DNA from: Candidatus Methylomirabilota bacterium
GTDB lineage: Bacteria; Acidobacteriota; Thermoanaerobaculia; Thermoanaerobaculales; Sulfomarinibacteraceae
Direction of reading: 5' to 3'
NCBI GenBank assembly: GCA_035464095.1
Contig: DATHSO010000080.1
Coordinates: forward strand, 4,024-68,023
Length of the DNA stretch: 64,000 nt
This document shows, one piece after another, positions 49,851-64,000 of the stretch (position 1 is the stretch's first letter; the number at the start of each line of letters is the position of its first letter). The position numbers were made by a program, and so were the translations under genes. The notes under the pieces were generated by a model. It searched no databases. It saw only the letters and a list, made by a program, of their open reading frames with translations, and was not told where the DNA came from.

Positions 49851-50825
49851 GTGTCCGGCGCGGTTCACGTCCGTTCCCATCCCAGGTGTCTCGAGCACGA
49901 CCCGGGGCTGGGCCACCCGGAGTCCCGGCGCCGGCTCGAGGTCATCCTCGACGCCCTGTCCTCGGACGCCGCCGGCTGGGTGGTGGACCGGGCGGCACCG
50001 CTGCCGCCGGACAGCGACACCCTCGGCATGTTGCGGTGGATCCACGACGGCGACTACATCGAGCGGGTGCGGGCGGCATCGGCGCGGGGACACGGCTTCG
50101 TCGACAACCAGGACTGCCGGGTCTCGGCGGGCACCTTCGATGCCGCGGTCGCCGCCGCCGGCCTCGCCCTCCAGGGCGCTCTCGACCTGGTGAACCGGCG
50201 GCTCGAGCGGGCCTTTCTGGTGCTGCGGCCGCCGTCGCACCACGCCGAGCGGTCGCGGGCCCGGGGCTACTGTTTCTTCAACTCGGTGGCCCTGGCCGCC
50301 GAGGTGGTGGTGTCGGCTTGGGGGGAGCCGGTTGTCATTGCCGACTTCGACGCCCATCACGGCAACGGCACCCAGGACCACTTCCTGGACCGGCCCGAGG
50401 TCGGCTACGTCTCGGTCCATGCCTACCCGGGCTTCCCCGGGACGGGGGGCGCCGACGAGGTCGGCGACGGGCTCGCCGCCGGCACGACCCGCAACGTGCC
50501 GCTGGCGGCGAAGGCGGACGACAGCACCTTCTGCACCGCCTTCGAGCTCGCCCTCGACGAGGTGGCCTCCCGCCTGCGCCCGGCCGCCATCGTGGTGTCG
50601 GCGGGCTTCAGCGGTCACGCCGCCGACCCGGTGGGCGGCATGCTCCTGTCGGAGGCGGGCTTCGGCCGGTTGACGGCGGCGGTGAGGTCCGCCGCCGAGC
50701 GTTGGTCGGGGGGGCGGGTGCTGTCGATTCTCGAGGGCGGATACGACCTCCAAGCCCTCGCGAATTGCGCGCGCATTCACGTGCGGGAATTGGCGAGCGG
50801 GGAGCCCTCGAAACCCGATGCCTAA
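49851..50825 (+). CDS. histone deacetylase / acetoin-utilisation (AcuC)-family deacetylase
   Basis: HPESRRRL, RPPSHHA, DFDAHHGNGTQ motifs. GTG start. Confidence 0.8.
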   Translation: MSGAVHVRSHPRCLEHDPGLGHPESRRRLEVILDALSSDAAGWVVDRAAPLPPDSDTLGMLRWIHDGDYIERVRAASARGHGFVDNQDCRVSAGTFDAAVAAAGLALQGALDLVNRRLERAFLVLRPPSHHAERSRARGYCFFNSVALAAEVVVSAWGEPVVIADFDAHHGNGTQDHFLDRPEVGYVSVHAYPGFPGTGGADEVGDGLAAGTTRNVPLAAKADDSTFCTAFELALDEVASRLRPAAIVVSAGFSGHAADPVGGMLLSEAGFGRLTAAVRSAAERWSGGRVLSILEGGYDLQALANCARIHVRELASGEPSKPDA

Positions 50826-50920
50826 TTGGCGGCGTTTCTCGGCATCGCTTTGGCGGGAAAAATCGCGGCGCGAAATGCTCAGAAAACCGACAGTGGACGT
50901 GCCGTCCATCACAAAATTCG

Positions 50921-50948
50921 TTGACCGTGTTTGTGCATGTGGTATATC
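50921..50948 (+). promoter_or_regulatory. candidate promoter TTGACC-16 nt-(TGg)TATATC
   Basis: Lies in an AT-richer spacer, ~55 nt upstream of the ATG at 51006. Confidence 0.4.
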
Positions 50949-51005
50949 ATCAAACAGGTTAGATTTGCGTTCGTGTCTGGATCCGCGACTCGAGGAGGAC
51001 AGCCG

Positions 51006-52679
51006 ATGCGTCACAAAAACATCGTTGTGGCTCTGTTCCTGGTGACGGTGTTGCTCGCGGCGAGCGCCGAAGCGGCGCCGATTTTCCGTCTCGATACCCC
51101 CGAGGATGGCGCCACCGTTTTCGGGCTCGTGGCGGTCACCGGCTACGTCCTCGATGACGGTCAGAGCTGCGGGCCCTACTGGAACTGGCAGGGCTGCGAC
51201 TGGAGCGATGCCCAGGTGACGCGGATCGAGCTCTACGTGGACGACGGCTACGTCGCCACCGCGGATCTCAACCGGCCGCGCTACGACGTGCTCCAGGCCT
51301 ACCCGTGGTACGCCAGCACGCCGTTCTCGAGGCCCGGTTTCGAGACCTCCTTCGACTCGTCCTCCCTGTCGGACGGCGTCCACACCCTGTTCCTGCGGGT
51401 GTCCTTCGCCGACGGCACCGTCGAGGACCTCGGCCAGCGAAGCGTCACCGTCGACAACGACCTCAACCAGGCGCCTTTCGGGGCCCTCGAGCTGCCGGGT
51501 GAGAAGCAGCCCATGAACGGGGTCTTCCCGGTCACCGGCTGGGCCCTGGACGACTCGGGGATCCGCTTCATCGAAATCCTGGTGGACGGGGTGTCGGTCG
51601 GCAACGCTGTCACCGGCATCCACCGTCCCGACATCCTCCACCGCTTCCCGTCCCACCCGGACGCCGAGCGCTCCGGCTTCGTCAAGATGCTCAACACCAC
51701 CCAGTGGGCCAACGGCATCCACGTCCTCGCGGTGCGGCTGGTGGACGACGAGAACGTATCCCGGATCATCGGCACCCGCTATGTCCAGACCCTCAACGTG
51801 AGCTACAACCTGCCGCCCTTCGGAGGCATCGACTACCCGATCGCCAACCACATCATGTACGCCAAAGGCTGCTCCGACCCGGGCGGCTGGTCGAGCCCGC
51901 CATTCGAGGACCCGCAGGTCACCGAGCTCATCACCGGCTGGGCCCTCGACGTCGGCTCGCGAACCGACAACGGCGGAGTCGGCTATATCCAGCTGCTGCT
52001 CGACGGCGTCATCCTCGCCGACACCAGCTTCCCGAGCTTCTGGCACATCTGGTTCCAGACCGACGTCAACTACTACGGCCACGAGCGGATGGACCTGCTG
52101 CAGCTCTTCACCGACGTGCCCAACGCCAAGGACTGCGGTTTCGCGTTCGTGATGGACGTCTCGGACCTGGTGATCCGCAAAGGCTTCAGCCAGGGCCTGC
52201 ACTACCTCAAGATCCGCGCCGGCGATCTCGAGAACAACGTCGCCGACATCGCCCAGATCCCCGTGATCTTCGACTGCGACGACGACCCGGACCGGCCCTC
52301 CTTCGGCGACATCTACACGCCCGAGGAGATGGAGCGGGTGACCGGAGTCGTCGAGATCACCGGCTGGTCCATCGACATGGACCTGGTGGACGAGGTCGAG
52401 GTCTGGGTGGACGGCGTTTTCATCGACGTGGTCGACGAGCGCTTCATCCCGACCCCCGAGGTGAGGGCGCGCTACCCCTGGCTGCCCTCGTACCTGACCT
52501 CGGAGGCCGGCTTCCGCTACGCGTTCGACACCGACGCGGCAAACCTCGCCGATGGCGAGCACGTCCTGGTGATCTGGACCGAGGACCGGTGGGGCGGCCG
52601 CACCTTCATCGGCGAGCGCCGCTTCGTGGTCGACAACCCGCTGCCGACCTCCGGGCCGGCCGTGGCCACGACCCGCTGA
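51006..52679 (+). CDS. secreted protein with four tandem ~130-aa beta-sandwich-like repeats
   Basis: GAGGAGGA RBS. Signal peptide. The repeated pattern V(T/I)GW(A/S)(L/I)D...(I/V)E(I/V).VDG......(R)P(D/E).. occurs four times. Confidence 0.65.
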   Translation: MRHKNIVVALFLVTVLLAASAEAAPIFRLDTPEDGATVFGLVAVTGYVLDDGQSCGPYWNWQGCDWSDAQVTRIELYVDDGYVATADLNRPRYDVLQAYPWYASTPFSRPGFETSFDSSSLSDGVHTLFLRVSFADGTVEDLGQRSVTVDNDLNQAPFGALELPGEKQPMNGVFPVTGWALDDSGIRFIEILVDGVSVGNAVTGIHRPDILHRFPSHPDAERSGFVKMLNTTQWANGIHVLAVRLVDDENVSRIIGTRYVQTLNVSYNLPPFGGIDYPIANHIMYAKGCSDPGGWSSPPFEDPQVTELITGWALDVGSRTDNGGVGYIQLLLDGVILADTSFPSFWHIWFQTDVNYYGHERMDLLQLFTDVPNAKDCGFAFVMDVSDLVIRKGFSQGLHYLKIRAGDLENNVADIAQIPVIFDCDDDPDRPSFGDIYTPEEMERVTGVVEITGWSIDMDLVDEVEVWVDGVFIDVVDERFIPTPEVRARYPWLPSYLTSEAGFRYAFDTDAANLADGEHVLVIWTEDRWGGRTFIGERRFVVDNPLPTSGPAVATTR

Positions 52680-52707
52680 CCGACGCGCACCACTCGAGTC
52701 GTTCGCG

Positions 52708-52743
52708 ACGCCGGCCGGGGATTCCCGGCCGGCGTGGTTTGCT
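52708..52743 (+). terminator. rho-independent terminator
   Basis: acgccggccggg-gatt-cccggccggcgt (12-bp stem) followed by ggtttgct, 29 nt after the stop codon. Confidence 0.6.
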
Positions 52744-52877
52744 AGGATCGGGCCGACGACGGCGCGGCCGCCGCCGGCGGAAGACCGTGATACCCGAAGA
52801 GGGCACGGCCCTCCGGCGGCCGCCGGACCGCCGCGCCGATCACGAGGTCTTCATTTGCTGACACAGCTGACACAGGT

Positions 52878-57624
<4,747 letters not shown>

Positions 57625-57661
57625 CGCGGTAGGATAGGACGCGAGGACGAAAGGAGCGTTC

Positions 57662-57877
57662 ATGGAGATTCCGGGCAAGGTCTCGGTCTACTGTCCGCTG
57701 ATCGATGCCAAGGGCACCGCGGCCACCCTGCTGGCGGTCTCGCCGCAGGGCTACTACCACCTGGAGGTGGAGATCCGCGGCCAGCGCCACGTCATGTTCC
57801 TGCCCATCGCCCACACCGCCATGTACTTCAGCCAGGCCGAGCCGGCCGTGGAGGAGGGCCTCGAGATCGAGCGCTGA
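57662..57877 (+). CDS. small hypothetical protein (71 aa)
   Basis: AAAGGAG lies 7 nt before the ATG. Sits between the two activator-like genes. Confidence 0.5.
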   Translation: MEIPGKVSVYCPLIDAKGTAATLLAVSPQGYYHLEVEIRGQRHVMFLPIAHTAMYFSQAEPAVEEGLEIER

Positions 57878-57928
57878 CGCCGTGCCGGGCCGGCGAATAT
57901 CGTCCCCGCCACCGGTGTTACTCGTGGC

Positions 57929-59074
57929 GTGAATCGAAGACGAGACCTGGATCGGGTGCTGGGTGCCAGCTGGCCCGAGGTTCTGGCCCGCGTCGGCGAC
58001 GCGGTGCTGGTTCTCGACCACCGTCGGATCCTGCGCTTCGTCAACGACCGGGCGCGCCACCTGCTCGGCTACGACGAGAACCAGGTGGTGGGCAACCGCT
58101 GCAAGCTGACCACCCGTGGCGTCGACTGCGAGGACGCCTGCCCGCTGACCTTCGCCCTCGAGCACAACGCCGAACGGGTCGACGACTTCGCCACCGTGTA
58201 CCGTGCCCAGGACGGGCGCGAGGTCCCCCTCAAGGTGACCGTGATTCCCCTCAGGGACGAGGACGGCGAGTTCATCGGCGCGGTGGAGATCCTGCGCCCG
58301 ACCGAGCCCGACCTCGGCTTTTTCCTGCGCGGCTCGGCCGCGGCCGTCCAGGCGGTGAAGAGCCGCCTCGCCCGCCACGGTCGCGACCGCCGCCACCTGG
58401 TGCTGGTGGGCGAGCCGCCGATCTGCCTCGACGTGGCGCGGGTCGTCCACCGCTTCTCGGGGCTGCCCGAGGAGCTGTTCGAGATCTGGGGCGGCGGCTG
58501 GGACCACGCCCCGGTGTGGCCCCCCGGGACGATGTACGGCCACGGCGACGGCCTTGCGAGCCTGACCTCGGCATCGCCCCCGGATGGCTGGCAGGTGGTG
58601 GTCGGGGTCCCGCACCTCGACCCCGAGATCGCGCGCTGGCTCGCGGCCGAGGTCGTGGAGCTTCCCACCGCCCGGGACCTGTGCGACGACCTCGCCCTGA
58701 TGGCTGCGGCTTGGGCCCGGCAGCTGTCGCCGGGGGCCAGCCTGTCGTCGGGGGCGGTGCAGCGGCTGTGCCGCCTCGCCTGGGACGGGGGCTTCCAGGC
58801 CATGGAGCGGGCCCTGGTTGCCGCCGTCGCCGCCGCCGGCGAGCGGATCGAGGAGGAGCACGTGCCCGCCAACGGCTATGACTGCCAGCTGGTCGACGAG
58901 CTGCTGCGCACCGAGCGGCCCCTGGCGGCCCTCGAGGAGCGCCTCCTCACCGAGGTCCTTCAGCGCTGCAACTGGCGCATGCAGGAGGCCGCCGACCGCC
59001 TCGGGGTGTCCCGGGTGACCCTCTGGCGGAAGTGCAAGGACCACGGTATCGAGCGGCCGGACTGCGGCACCTGA
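57929..59074 (+). CDS. PAS domain + degenerate sigma-54-activator-like domain + Fis-type HTH regulator
   Basis: PAS (AVLVLDHRRILRFVNDRARHLLGY). The central region aligns by eye to an EBP AAA+ domain but has VLVGEPPICLDV instead of GESGTGKE and no GAFTGA. C-terminal NWRMQEAADRLGVSRVTLWRK. Confidence 0.6.
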   Translation: MNRRRDLDRVLGASWPEVLARVGDAVLVLDHRRILRFVNDRARHLLGYDENQVVGNRCKLTTRGVDCEDACPLTFALEHNAERVDDFATVYRAQDGREVPLKVTVIPLRDEDGEFIGAVEILRPTEPDLGFFLRGSAAAVQAVKSRLARHGRDRRHLVLVGEPPICLDVARVVHRFSGLPEELFEIWGGGWDHAPVWPPGTMYGHGDGLASLTSASPPDGWQVVVGVPHLDPEIARWLAAEVVELPTARDLCDDLALMAAAWARQLSPGASLSSGAVQRLCRLAWDGGFQAMERALVAAVAAAGERIEEEHVPANGYDCQLVDELLRTERPLAALEERLLTEVLQRCNWRMQEAADRLGVSRVTLWRKCKDHGIERPDCGT

Positions 59075-59129
59075 GCGGAGCCCCCGCTGGCAGCGGCGGC
59101 GTCGGGGACGTTACAATCGAAGCGTCATC

Positions 59130-59864
59130 ATGGAGCTGGCGGAGCCCGTTTCGAGCCCGGTGCGGCTGCTGGTCGTGGACGACGACCGGCACCTCGCGGA
59201 CGGCCTGTGCCGCAACCTGGAGCTCGAGGGCTTCGAGACCGCGAGCGTCGGGACCGGTGAGGAGGCCCTCGCGGCGCTGAACGGGAGCGGGCCGGCCCCC
59301 GACATGGTGGTCCTCGACATCATGCTTCCGGGGCTGGACGGGCTCGAGGTCTGCCGCCGCCTGCGAGCCGCCGGCCACACCATTCCGATCCTGTTCCTGA
59401 CCGCCCGGGGCAGCGACGCGGACCGCATCCTCGGCCTGAGGCTGGGCGCCGACGACGACCTGACCAAGCCGTTCCTGGTCGAGGAGCTGGTGCTGCGGGT
59501 ACGGGGGATCCTGCGCCGGGCGGCGTGGTCCAGGTCGCCCCTGCGCACCGGTCCGGAGGTGGCCGTCGGAGTCTGGCACGTCGACCTCGCGACCATGCGC
59601 GCCAGCACCCGCGGCGGCGAGGTCTCCCTGACCGAACGCGAGGTCATGCTGATCCGCTTCTTCGCAGAAAACGACGGCCGGGTGCTGACCCGCGGCGAGC
59701 TGCTGGAGACCGTCTGGGGCTACACCTTCGACACCGCGACCAGGACCCTCGACACCTTCGTCCACCGCCTGCGCAAGCACTTCGAGGACGATCCCCGGCA
59801 CCCCCGCCACTTCCACACCGTGCGCGGGGTCGGCTACCGCTTCACCGGCGATCCCGAGGAGTAG
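59130..59864 (+). CDS. OmpR/PhoB-family response regulator
   Basis: Receiver (LLVVDDD...DMVVLDIMLPGLDG...KPF) and winged-helix output (LTEREVMLIRFF...VRGVGYRF). Confidence 0.85.
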   Translation: MELAEPVSSPVRLLVVDDDRHLADGLCRNLELEGFETASVGTGEEALAALNGSGPAPDMVVLDIMLPGLDGLEVCRRLRAAGHTIPILFLTARGSDADRILGLRLGADDDLTKPFLVEELVLRVRGILRRAAWSRSPLRTGPEVAVGVWHVDLATMRASTRGGEVSLTEREVMLIRFFAENDGRVLTRGELLETVWGYTFDTATRTLDTFVHRLRKHFEDDPRHPRHFHTVRGVGYRFTGDPEE

Positions 59865-59895
59865 CCGAGCCGCCGCCACGGCGGCGCGGAGCCCC

Positions 59896-62808
59896 GTGAT
59901 AGACTCCGCCGGTTCGGGGAGGTTCCCATGGGACGTCGCGTACCCTCCACCACCGCCATCGTCCGCCGCGACGGCGAGCGCTTCCCCGTCGGCGCGACCG
60001 CGCGAGGCGGGTCGTAGCGGCCGCGTCGGGCGCACGTCGGTGTCCCGAACCCCGATCCCTCTGGTGGCGATGTTCTGGCTCGTGGCTGCGGCTGCTTCGG
60101 GAGCCGCGGAGCATGACCTCGAGGTCCGGTCGCGCGGCGTTCCCGGAGTCCTCGAGACCGCGGCCGAGGTGGTGGTGCCGGTGGAGATCCACAACCGCGG
60201 CCGGCAGGCCTGGGCGGCGGAGGCGGGCTATGCCCTGTCGTACCACTGGCTCGCGCCCGGCGGCGAGGTGGTGATCTTTGACGGGGTGCGTACCGAGCTC
60301 GCCGACCCCGTGGGCCCCGGTGACGGTCGGGTGGTCGACGCCCTCGTGCGGGCGCCGGACCGGGCCGGCGACTACCTGCTGCAGTGGGACGTGGTCCAGG
60401 AGGGGGTGCGGTGGCTGTCGGAGGCCGACCCGACGCCCCCGGCCCCGCTCCCGGTCCGGGTGCGGGCGAGCCACGGCTTCAGCTTCCTCGAGGTCGACAC
60501 GCCGCGGCTCCTCGTCGCCGGTGGCCAGCGACAGGCCCGGATGGTCCTCCGCAACGACGGCACCGCCACCTGGCCGGGTGACGGCTCGGTGTCGGTGGCG
60601 GCGCACTGGCTCGACGGCGACGGCGGGGTCGAGGTCTGGGAGGGCCGCCGGACCGCCATCGACCGGCCGGTTCCCCCCGGGGCCGCCATCGCCCTCGAGG
60701 CCGCGGTCGCCGCTCCCGAGGGTGCCGGTCGCTTCTGGCTCCAGTGGGACATGGTCGAGGAGGGGGTGTGCTGGTTCAGCGAGCGCGATGGCGACCCGGA
60801 GCCGCCGGTGGCGGTGCTGGTGCTGCCGGCGGCCCTCGCCCCGCCGTCGGTCGTCGTCGTGCTGACCCTCGGCGCCGCGGTTGCCGCGCTGGGGCTCCGG
60901 TGGCGCGGTCGACAACCGTCCCGGCCGAGCCTGTGGGCGGCCGCCGACGTGCTCTGGTTCGTCGCCGCCCTGACCTTCAAGCAGGCCTGGGTGCTCGGCG
61001 CCGCCGGTCCCGGGCTCGCCGTCCCCGGCTGGGCGCTGGCCGCGGCCGGCGCGGCCGTGGTCGGTCTCGTGCTGCTCGCGCTGCCGGTCCGGGTCCGGCC
61101 CTGGCTGGCCTGGACGGGAGCCCTGGCGGCGACCGCGGTGCTCTACGCCGATCTCCTCCACCTGCGCTTCTTCGGTGACCTCGGTTCGGCGGCGGCCCTG
61201 CGCTCCCTCGGGCAGGCCGGCCAGGTGGGCTCGAGCATCGCCTCGCTCCTCGAGCTCCGCGACCTCTGGTTCTGGGCCGACCTGCCGGCCGCGCTGCTGC
61301 TGGTGGCGGCGGTGGGCCGGCGGGGGCGGTCGGTGGGCTCGAGGCGTGTGCCGGCGGCGGGGCTGGCCGCGGTGGCGCTGGCGGGAGGGCTGGTCGGCGC
61401 GGTCGGGGTCGGGCGAGCCGAGGCATCCCTGCGCCAGGTCTTCCACGCCACCGAGCTGGCGCGCCGGGTCGGGGTCCTGAACCTCCACGCCCTCGACCTC
61501 GGGCGCACGGCCCTCCGGACCGTCGCCCGCGGCGAGCTCGACGGCGACAAGGTCCGGGGGGTGGTCCGCGCCTTCGCCGAGCGGGCTCCCCTGCGCGCCG
61601 GATCGGGCCCGGCCTTCGGCGCCGCGGCCGGCCGCAACCTGGTCATGATCCAGGTCGAGTCCCTGCAGGCCTTCGTGATCGGCTATCGCGTCGGCGGCGA
61701 GGAGGTCACGCCCTTCCTCAACGGCCTCGCCGGCGGCAGCCACTGGTTCGCCAACGTCACCGACCAGACCGAGGAGGGGCGGTCGTCCGACGCCGAGCTC
61801 GCCACCCAGGTGTCGCTGCTGCCGCCCGACCGGGGGGCGGCCGCCTTCCTGTACCCGGGCAACGACTTCACCGGCCTGGCCCAGGTTCTCGCCGAGCACG
61901 GCTACGAGACCCTTTCCGCGGTGCCTTTCGACGGCTCGTTCTGGAACCGCCGGCTGACCCACCCCGCCTACGGCTACCGGCACAGCCTCTTCGCCGACGC
62001 CTTCGGGCCGGGGGCGACCATCGGTTGGGGCCTCAACGACCGTGCCTTCCTGACCGAGATGGCCCGCCGCCTCGCCGAGCTGCCCGAGCCCTGGGCCGCC
62101 TACTTGCTGACCCTGTCCCTCCACCACCCCTTCGAGGGCTTCCCGGAGCACCTCGAGGAGCTCGACGTGGGCGACTGGCAGGGCACGCCCTTCGGCAACT
62201 TCCTCCACACCATGCGCTACCTCGACGGCGCCCTCGAGGCCCTGGTGGCCGCCCTCGACGGCGCCGGCCTGCTCGAGCGCACGGTGGTGGCGCTGTGGGG
62301 AGACCACGACGCCGGCTTCGAGTGGAGCCCCGAGATCGCCGCCGCCGTCGGCCGCAGCCCGGACGCCCGGGGCTGGTATCTCAGCCAGCGGGTGCCGCTG
62401 GTGATCCGGGTGCCGGATCTGCCAGGGCCCGGCGGGCCCCTCGAGGTCCCGGCCGGCCACGTCGACGTGGCGCCCACCCTGGCCGCCCTGCTCGGGATCG
62501 ACCCGGCGCCGTACCCGTGGCTGGGCCGCAACCTGCTCGGCGAGCCGGGACCCGGACCGGTGGTGGGCGAGTACCGGTGCTTCCGGGATGCGACCCACCT
62601 CTACCTCCATCGGGGGCCGTCCCTCTCGGACGGCGAGTGCATCGAGCTGGCGACCCTGCGGAGCGTCCCCGCCGCGGCCTGCGCGGCGAGCTTCGAAGCC
62701 GCGCGCCACCAGGTCCAGATCTCGGAGGTGGTCCTCGAGTACGACCTCCAGGAGGTGGTCCGTCGCTCCCTCGCAGGCGAGCTTGACGATCGCTCCGCCG
62801 CCCCCTAG
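59896..62808 (+). CDS. membrane LTA-synthase/phosphoglycerol-transferase-family sulfatase-fold protein with duplicated N-terminal Ig-like domains
   Basis: C-terminal sulfatase-type domain ([11 protein letters not shown]..., [14 protein letters not shown]). Central multi-TM block. N-terminal repeats [20 protein letters not shown] / [20 protein letters not shown]. Start GTG at 59896 or ATG at 60070. Confidence 0.65.
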   Translation: MIDSAGSGRFPWDVAYPPPPPSSAATASASPSARPREAGRSGRVGRTSVSRTPIPLVAMFWLVAAAASGAAEHDLEVRSRGVPGVLETAAEVVVPVEIHNRGRQAWAAEAGYALSYHWLAPGGEVVIFDGVRTELADPVGPGDGRVVDALVRAPDRAGDYLLQWDVVQEGVRWLSEADPTPPAPLPVRVRASHGFSFLEVDTPRLLVAGGQRQARMVLRNDGTATWPGDGSVSVAAHWLDGDGGVEVWEGRRTAIDRPVPPGAAIALEAAVAAPEGAGRFWLQWDMVEEGVCWFSERDGDPEPPVAVLVLPAALAPPSVVVVLTLGAAVAALGLRWRGRQPSRPSLWAAADVLWFVAALTFKQAWVLGAAGPGLAVPGWALAAAGAAVVGLVLLALPVRVRPWLAWTGALAATAVLYADLLHLRFFGDLGSAAALRSLGQAGQVGSSIASLLELRDLWFWADLPAALLLVAAVGRRGRSVGSRRVPAAGLAAVALAGGLVGAVGVGRAEASLRQVFHATELARRVGVLNLHALDLGRTALRTVARGELDGDKVRGVVRAFAERAPLRAGSGPAFGAAAGRNLVMIQVESLQAFVIGYRVGGEEVTPFLNGLAGGSHWFANVTDQTEEGRSSDAELATQVSLLPPDRGAAAFLYPGNDFTGLAQVLAEHGYETLSAVPFDGSFWNRRLTHPAYGYRHSLFADAFGPGATIGWGLNDRAFLTEMARRLAELPEPWAAYLLTLSLHHPFEGFPEHLEELDVGDWQGTPFGNFLHTMRYLDGALEALVAALDGAGLLERTVVALWGDHDAGFEWSPEIAAAVGRSPDARGWYLSQRVPLVIRVPDLPGPGGPLEVPAGHVDVAPTLAALLGIDPAPYPWLGRNLLGEPGPGPVVGEYRCFRDATHLYLHRGPSLSDGECIELATLRSVPAAACAASFEAARHQVQISEVVLEYDLQEVVRRSLAGELDDRSAAP

Positions 62809-62854
62809 GATGGGCCCGTCCCCCCACGCTGCATCCCTGCAGAAGGAGTCCCTC

Positions 62855-63880
62855 ATGAGTTCCAACAAAGCCGACAAGCTCAAGGCCCTGGAGACGGCGA
62901 TCGGCCAGATCGAGCGCCAGTTCGGCAAGGGCGCGGTCATGCGGCTCGGCGAGCGGCCGAAGATCCGGGTCAACGTCATCCCCACCGGCTCGATCGCCCT
63001 CGACGCGGCCCTCGGCGTCGGCGGCGTGCCCAAGGGCCGGGTGGTCGAGGTCTACGGACCCGAGTCGTCCGGCAAGACCACCCTCGCGCTGCACATCATC
63101 GCCAACGCCCAGAAGGCCGGCGGCCTGGCCGCGTTCATCGACGCCGAGCACGCCCTCGACCCGGAGTACGCGGGCGGCCTCGGGGTCAATCTCGACGAGC
63201 TGCTGATCTCCCAGCCGGACTTCGGCGAGCAGGCCCTGGAGATCGCCGAGACCCTGATCCGCTCGGGCTCGGTGGACGTCATCGTGGTCGACTCGGTGGC
63301 GGCCCTGGTGCCGCGGACCGAGCTCGAGGGCGACATGGGCGACGCCTCGGTCGGGCTCCAGGCCCGGCTCATGTCCCAGGCCCTGCGCAAGCTCGCGGGC
63401 ATCGTCTCCAAGTCCAACACCTGCCTGGTCTTCATCAACCAGATCCGGGAGAAGATCGGGGTCATGTTCGGCAGCCCCGAGACCACCAGCGGCGGCCGCG
63501 CGCTCAAGTTCTACGCGTCGGTGCGCGTCGACATCCGCCGGATCGCCTCCATCAAGCAGGGCGACCAGGTGATCGGCAACCGCACCAAGGCCAAGGTCGC
63601 CAAGAACAAGGTGGCGGCGCCGTTCAAGATCGCCGAGTTCGACATCCTGTACGGCGAGGGCATCTCGTGGACCGGCGAGCTCCTCGACCTGGGGGTCGAG
63701 CACCGGCTGGTGCAGAAGTCCGGCTCCTGGTACTCGGTGGGCGAGGAACGGATCGGTCAGGGTCGGGAGGCGGCGCGGCTCTATCTCAAGGAACACCCCG
63801 ACGCGGCCCAGGCCATCGAGGTGCAGCTGCGCGAGAAGCTGGCGCTGCTGCCCGGTGCCAGCAGCGAAGACGGGGACTGA
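62855..63880 (+). CDS. recA: recombinase RecA
   Basis: [61 protein letters not shown]. Confidence 0.95.
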   Translation: MSSNKADKLKALETAIGQIERQFGKGAVMRLGERPKIRVNVIPTGSIALDAALGVGGVPKGRVVEVYGPESSGKTTLALHIIANAQKAGGLAAFIDAEHALDPEYAGGLGVNLDELLISQPDFGEQALEIAETLIRSGSVDVIVVDSVAALVPRTELEGDMGDASVGLQARLMSQALRKLAGIVSKSNTCLVFINQIREKIGVMFGSPETTSGGRALKFYASVRVDIRRIASIKQGDQVIGNRTKAKVAKNKVAAPFKIAEFDILYGEGISWTGELLDLGVEHRLVQKSGSWYSVGEERIGQGREAARLYLKEHPDAAQAIEVQLREKLALLPGASSEDGD

Positions 63881-63885
63881 TTCGA

Positions 63886-63938
63886 CCACCGCAGGCCACC
63901 GCGGGGCCGCGGCCGGAATCGGCTGCGGCCTGCGGTGG
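63886..63938 (+). terminator. 12-bp-stem hairpin after recA
   Basis: ccaccgcaggcc (63886-97) pairs with ggcctgcggtgg (63927-38). 29-nt GC-rich loop. Weak T-tract (ttggtt). Confidence 0.35.
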
Positions 63939-63964
63939 TTGGTTCGTGGAGAGATGGAGGCCGG

Positions 63965-64000
63965 ATGAAGGTCAGGGACACCGTTCTGGGACTGATGGCA
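63965..64000 (+). CDS. 5' end of next gene (recX only by synteny expectation)
   Basis: GGAGG lies 4 nt before the ATG at 63965. Only 12 codons are in the window. Confidence 0.2.
   Translation, partial: MKVRDTVLGLMA

Noticed and set aside
48738-52562. Upstream 1270 aa of the 1428-aa minus-strand ORF 48276..52562
   Set aside because: Only the last 153 codons (NrdR) are real. The rest runs antisense to, or out of frame with, the UPF0104, deacetylase and repeat-protein genes and has Arg/Gly/Pro-rich composition.
59842-63033. 1063-aa minus-strand ORF opposite the LtaS-like gene and the recA 5' end
   Set aside because: Shadow frame with Arg/Gly/Pro-rich composition. The plus strand encodes recognisable sulfatase-fold and RecA sequences.

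Overview
Very GC-rich bacterial chromosomal segment (about 65-70% G+C by eye, not computed). It is gene-dense, and I support about 50 protein genes plus one tRNA-Asn. I saw no rRNA, CRISPR array, transposase, integrase or phage genes. Most of the content is core metabolism and housekeeping: metH, panD-panC-panB plus a panG-like gene, lon, nrdR, pcnB, ligA, recA, a stand-alone EF-G paralogue and UDP-glucuronate decarboxylase. Respiratory and redox genes include an octahaem cytochrome c fused to a cytochrome b, a Tat-exported three-subunit molybdenum hydroxylase, and a DUF134/NifX-like/2x MinD-ferredoxin cluster. Signalling genes include an FHA-GGDEF protein, a hybrid histidine kinase, an NtrC-type activator, a degenerate activator paralogue, an OmpR-type regulator and a BlaI/BlaR1-like pair. 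Several secreted repeat proteins have unknown function. Many long ORFs in the supplied track are antisense or shadow frames typical of high-GC DNA, and I did not call them. The most unusual content is non-coding repeat structure. (1) A superfamily of 66-88 bp palindromic elements is bounded by GTGCCAGGT...ACCTGGCAC. Two copies sit in frame inside metH, in its inter-domain linkers. (2) A two-hairpin dispersed element occurs in three copies with compensatory base changes. (3) An ~80-bp dispersed repeat occurs in two copies. (4) A ~650-bp tandem composite repeat lies next to tRNA-Asn. (5) An AT-rich heptamer array lies between two convergent genes. (6) There are hexamer microsatellites. I also flag a small ORF interrupted by an in-frame TGA (selenoprotein candidate or pseudogene) and an EF-G paralogue translationally coupled to a DnaB-C-like ATPase. 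All functional calls come from motif recognition by eye; no database search was possible.
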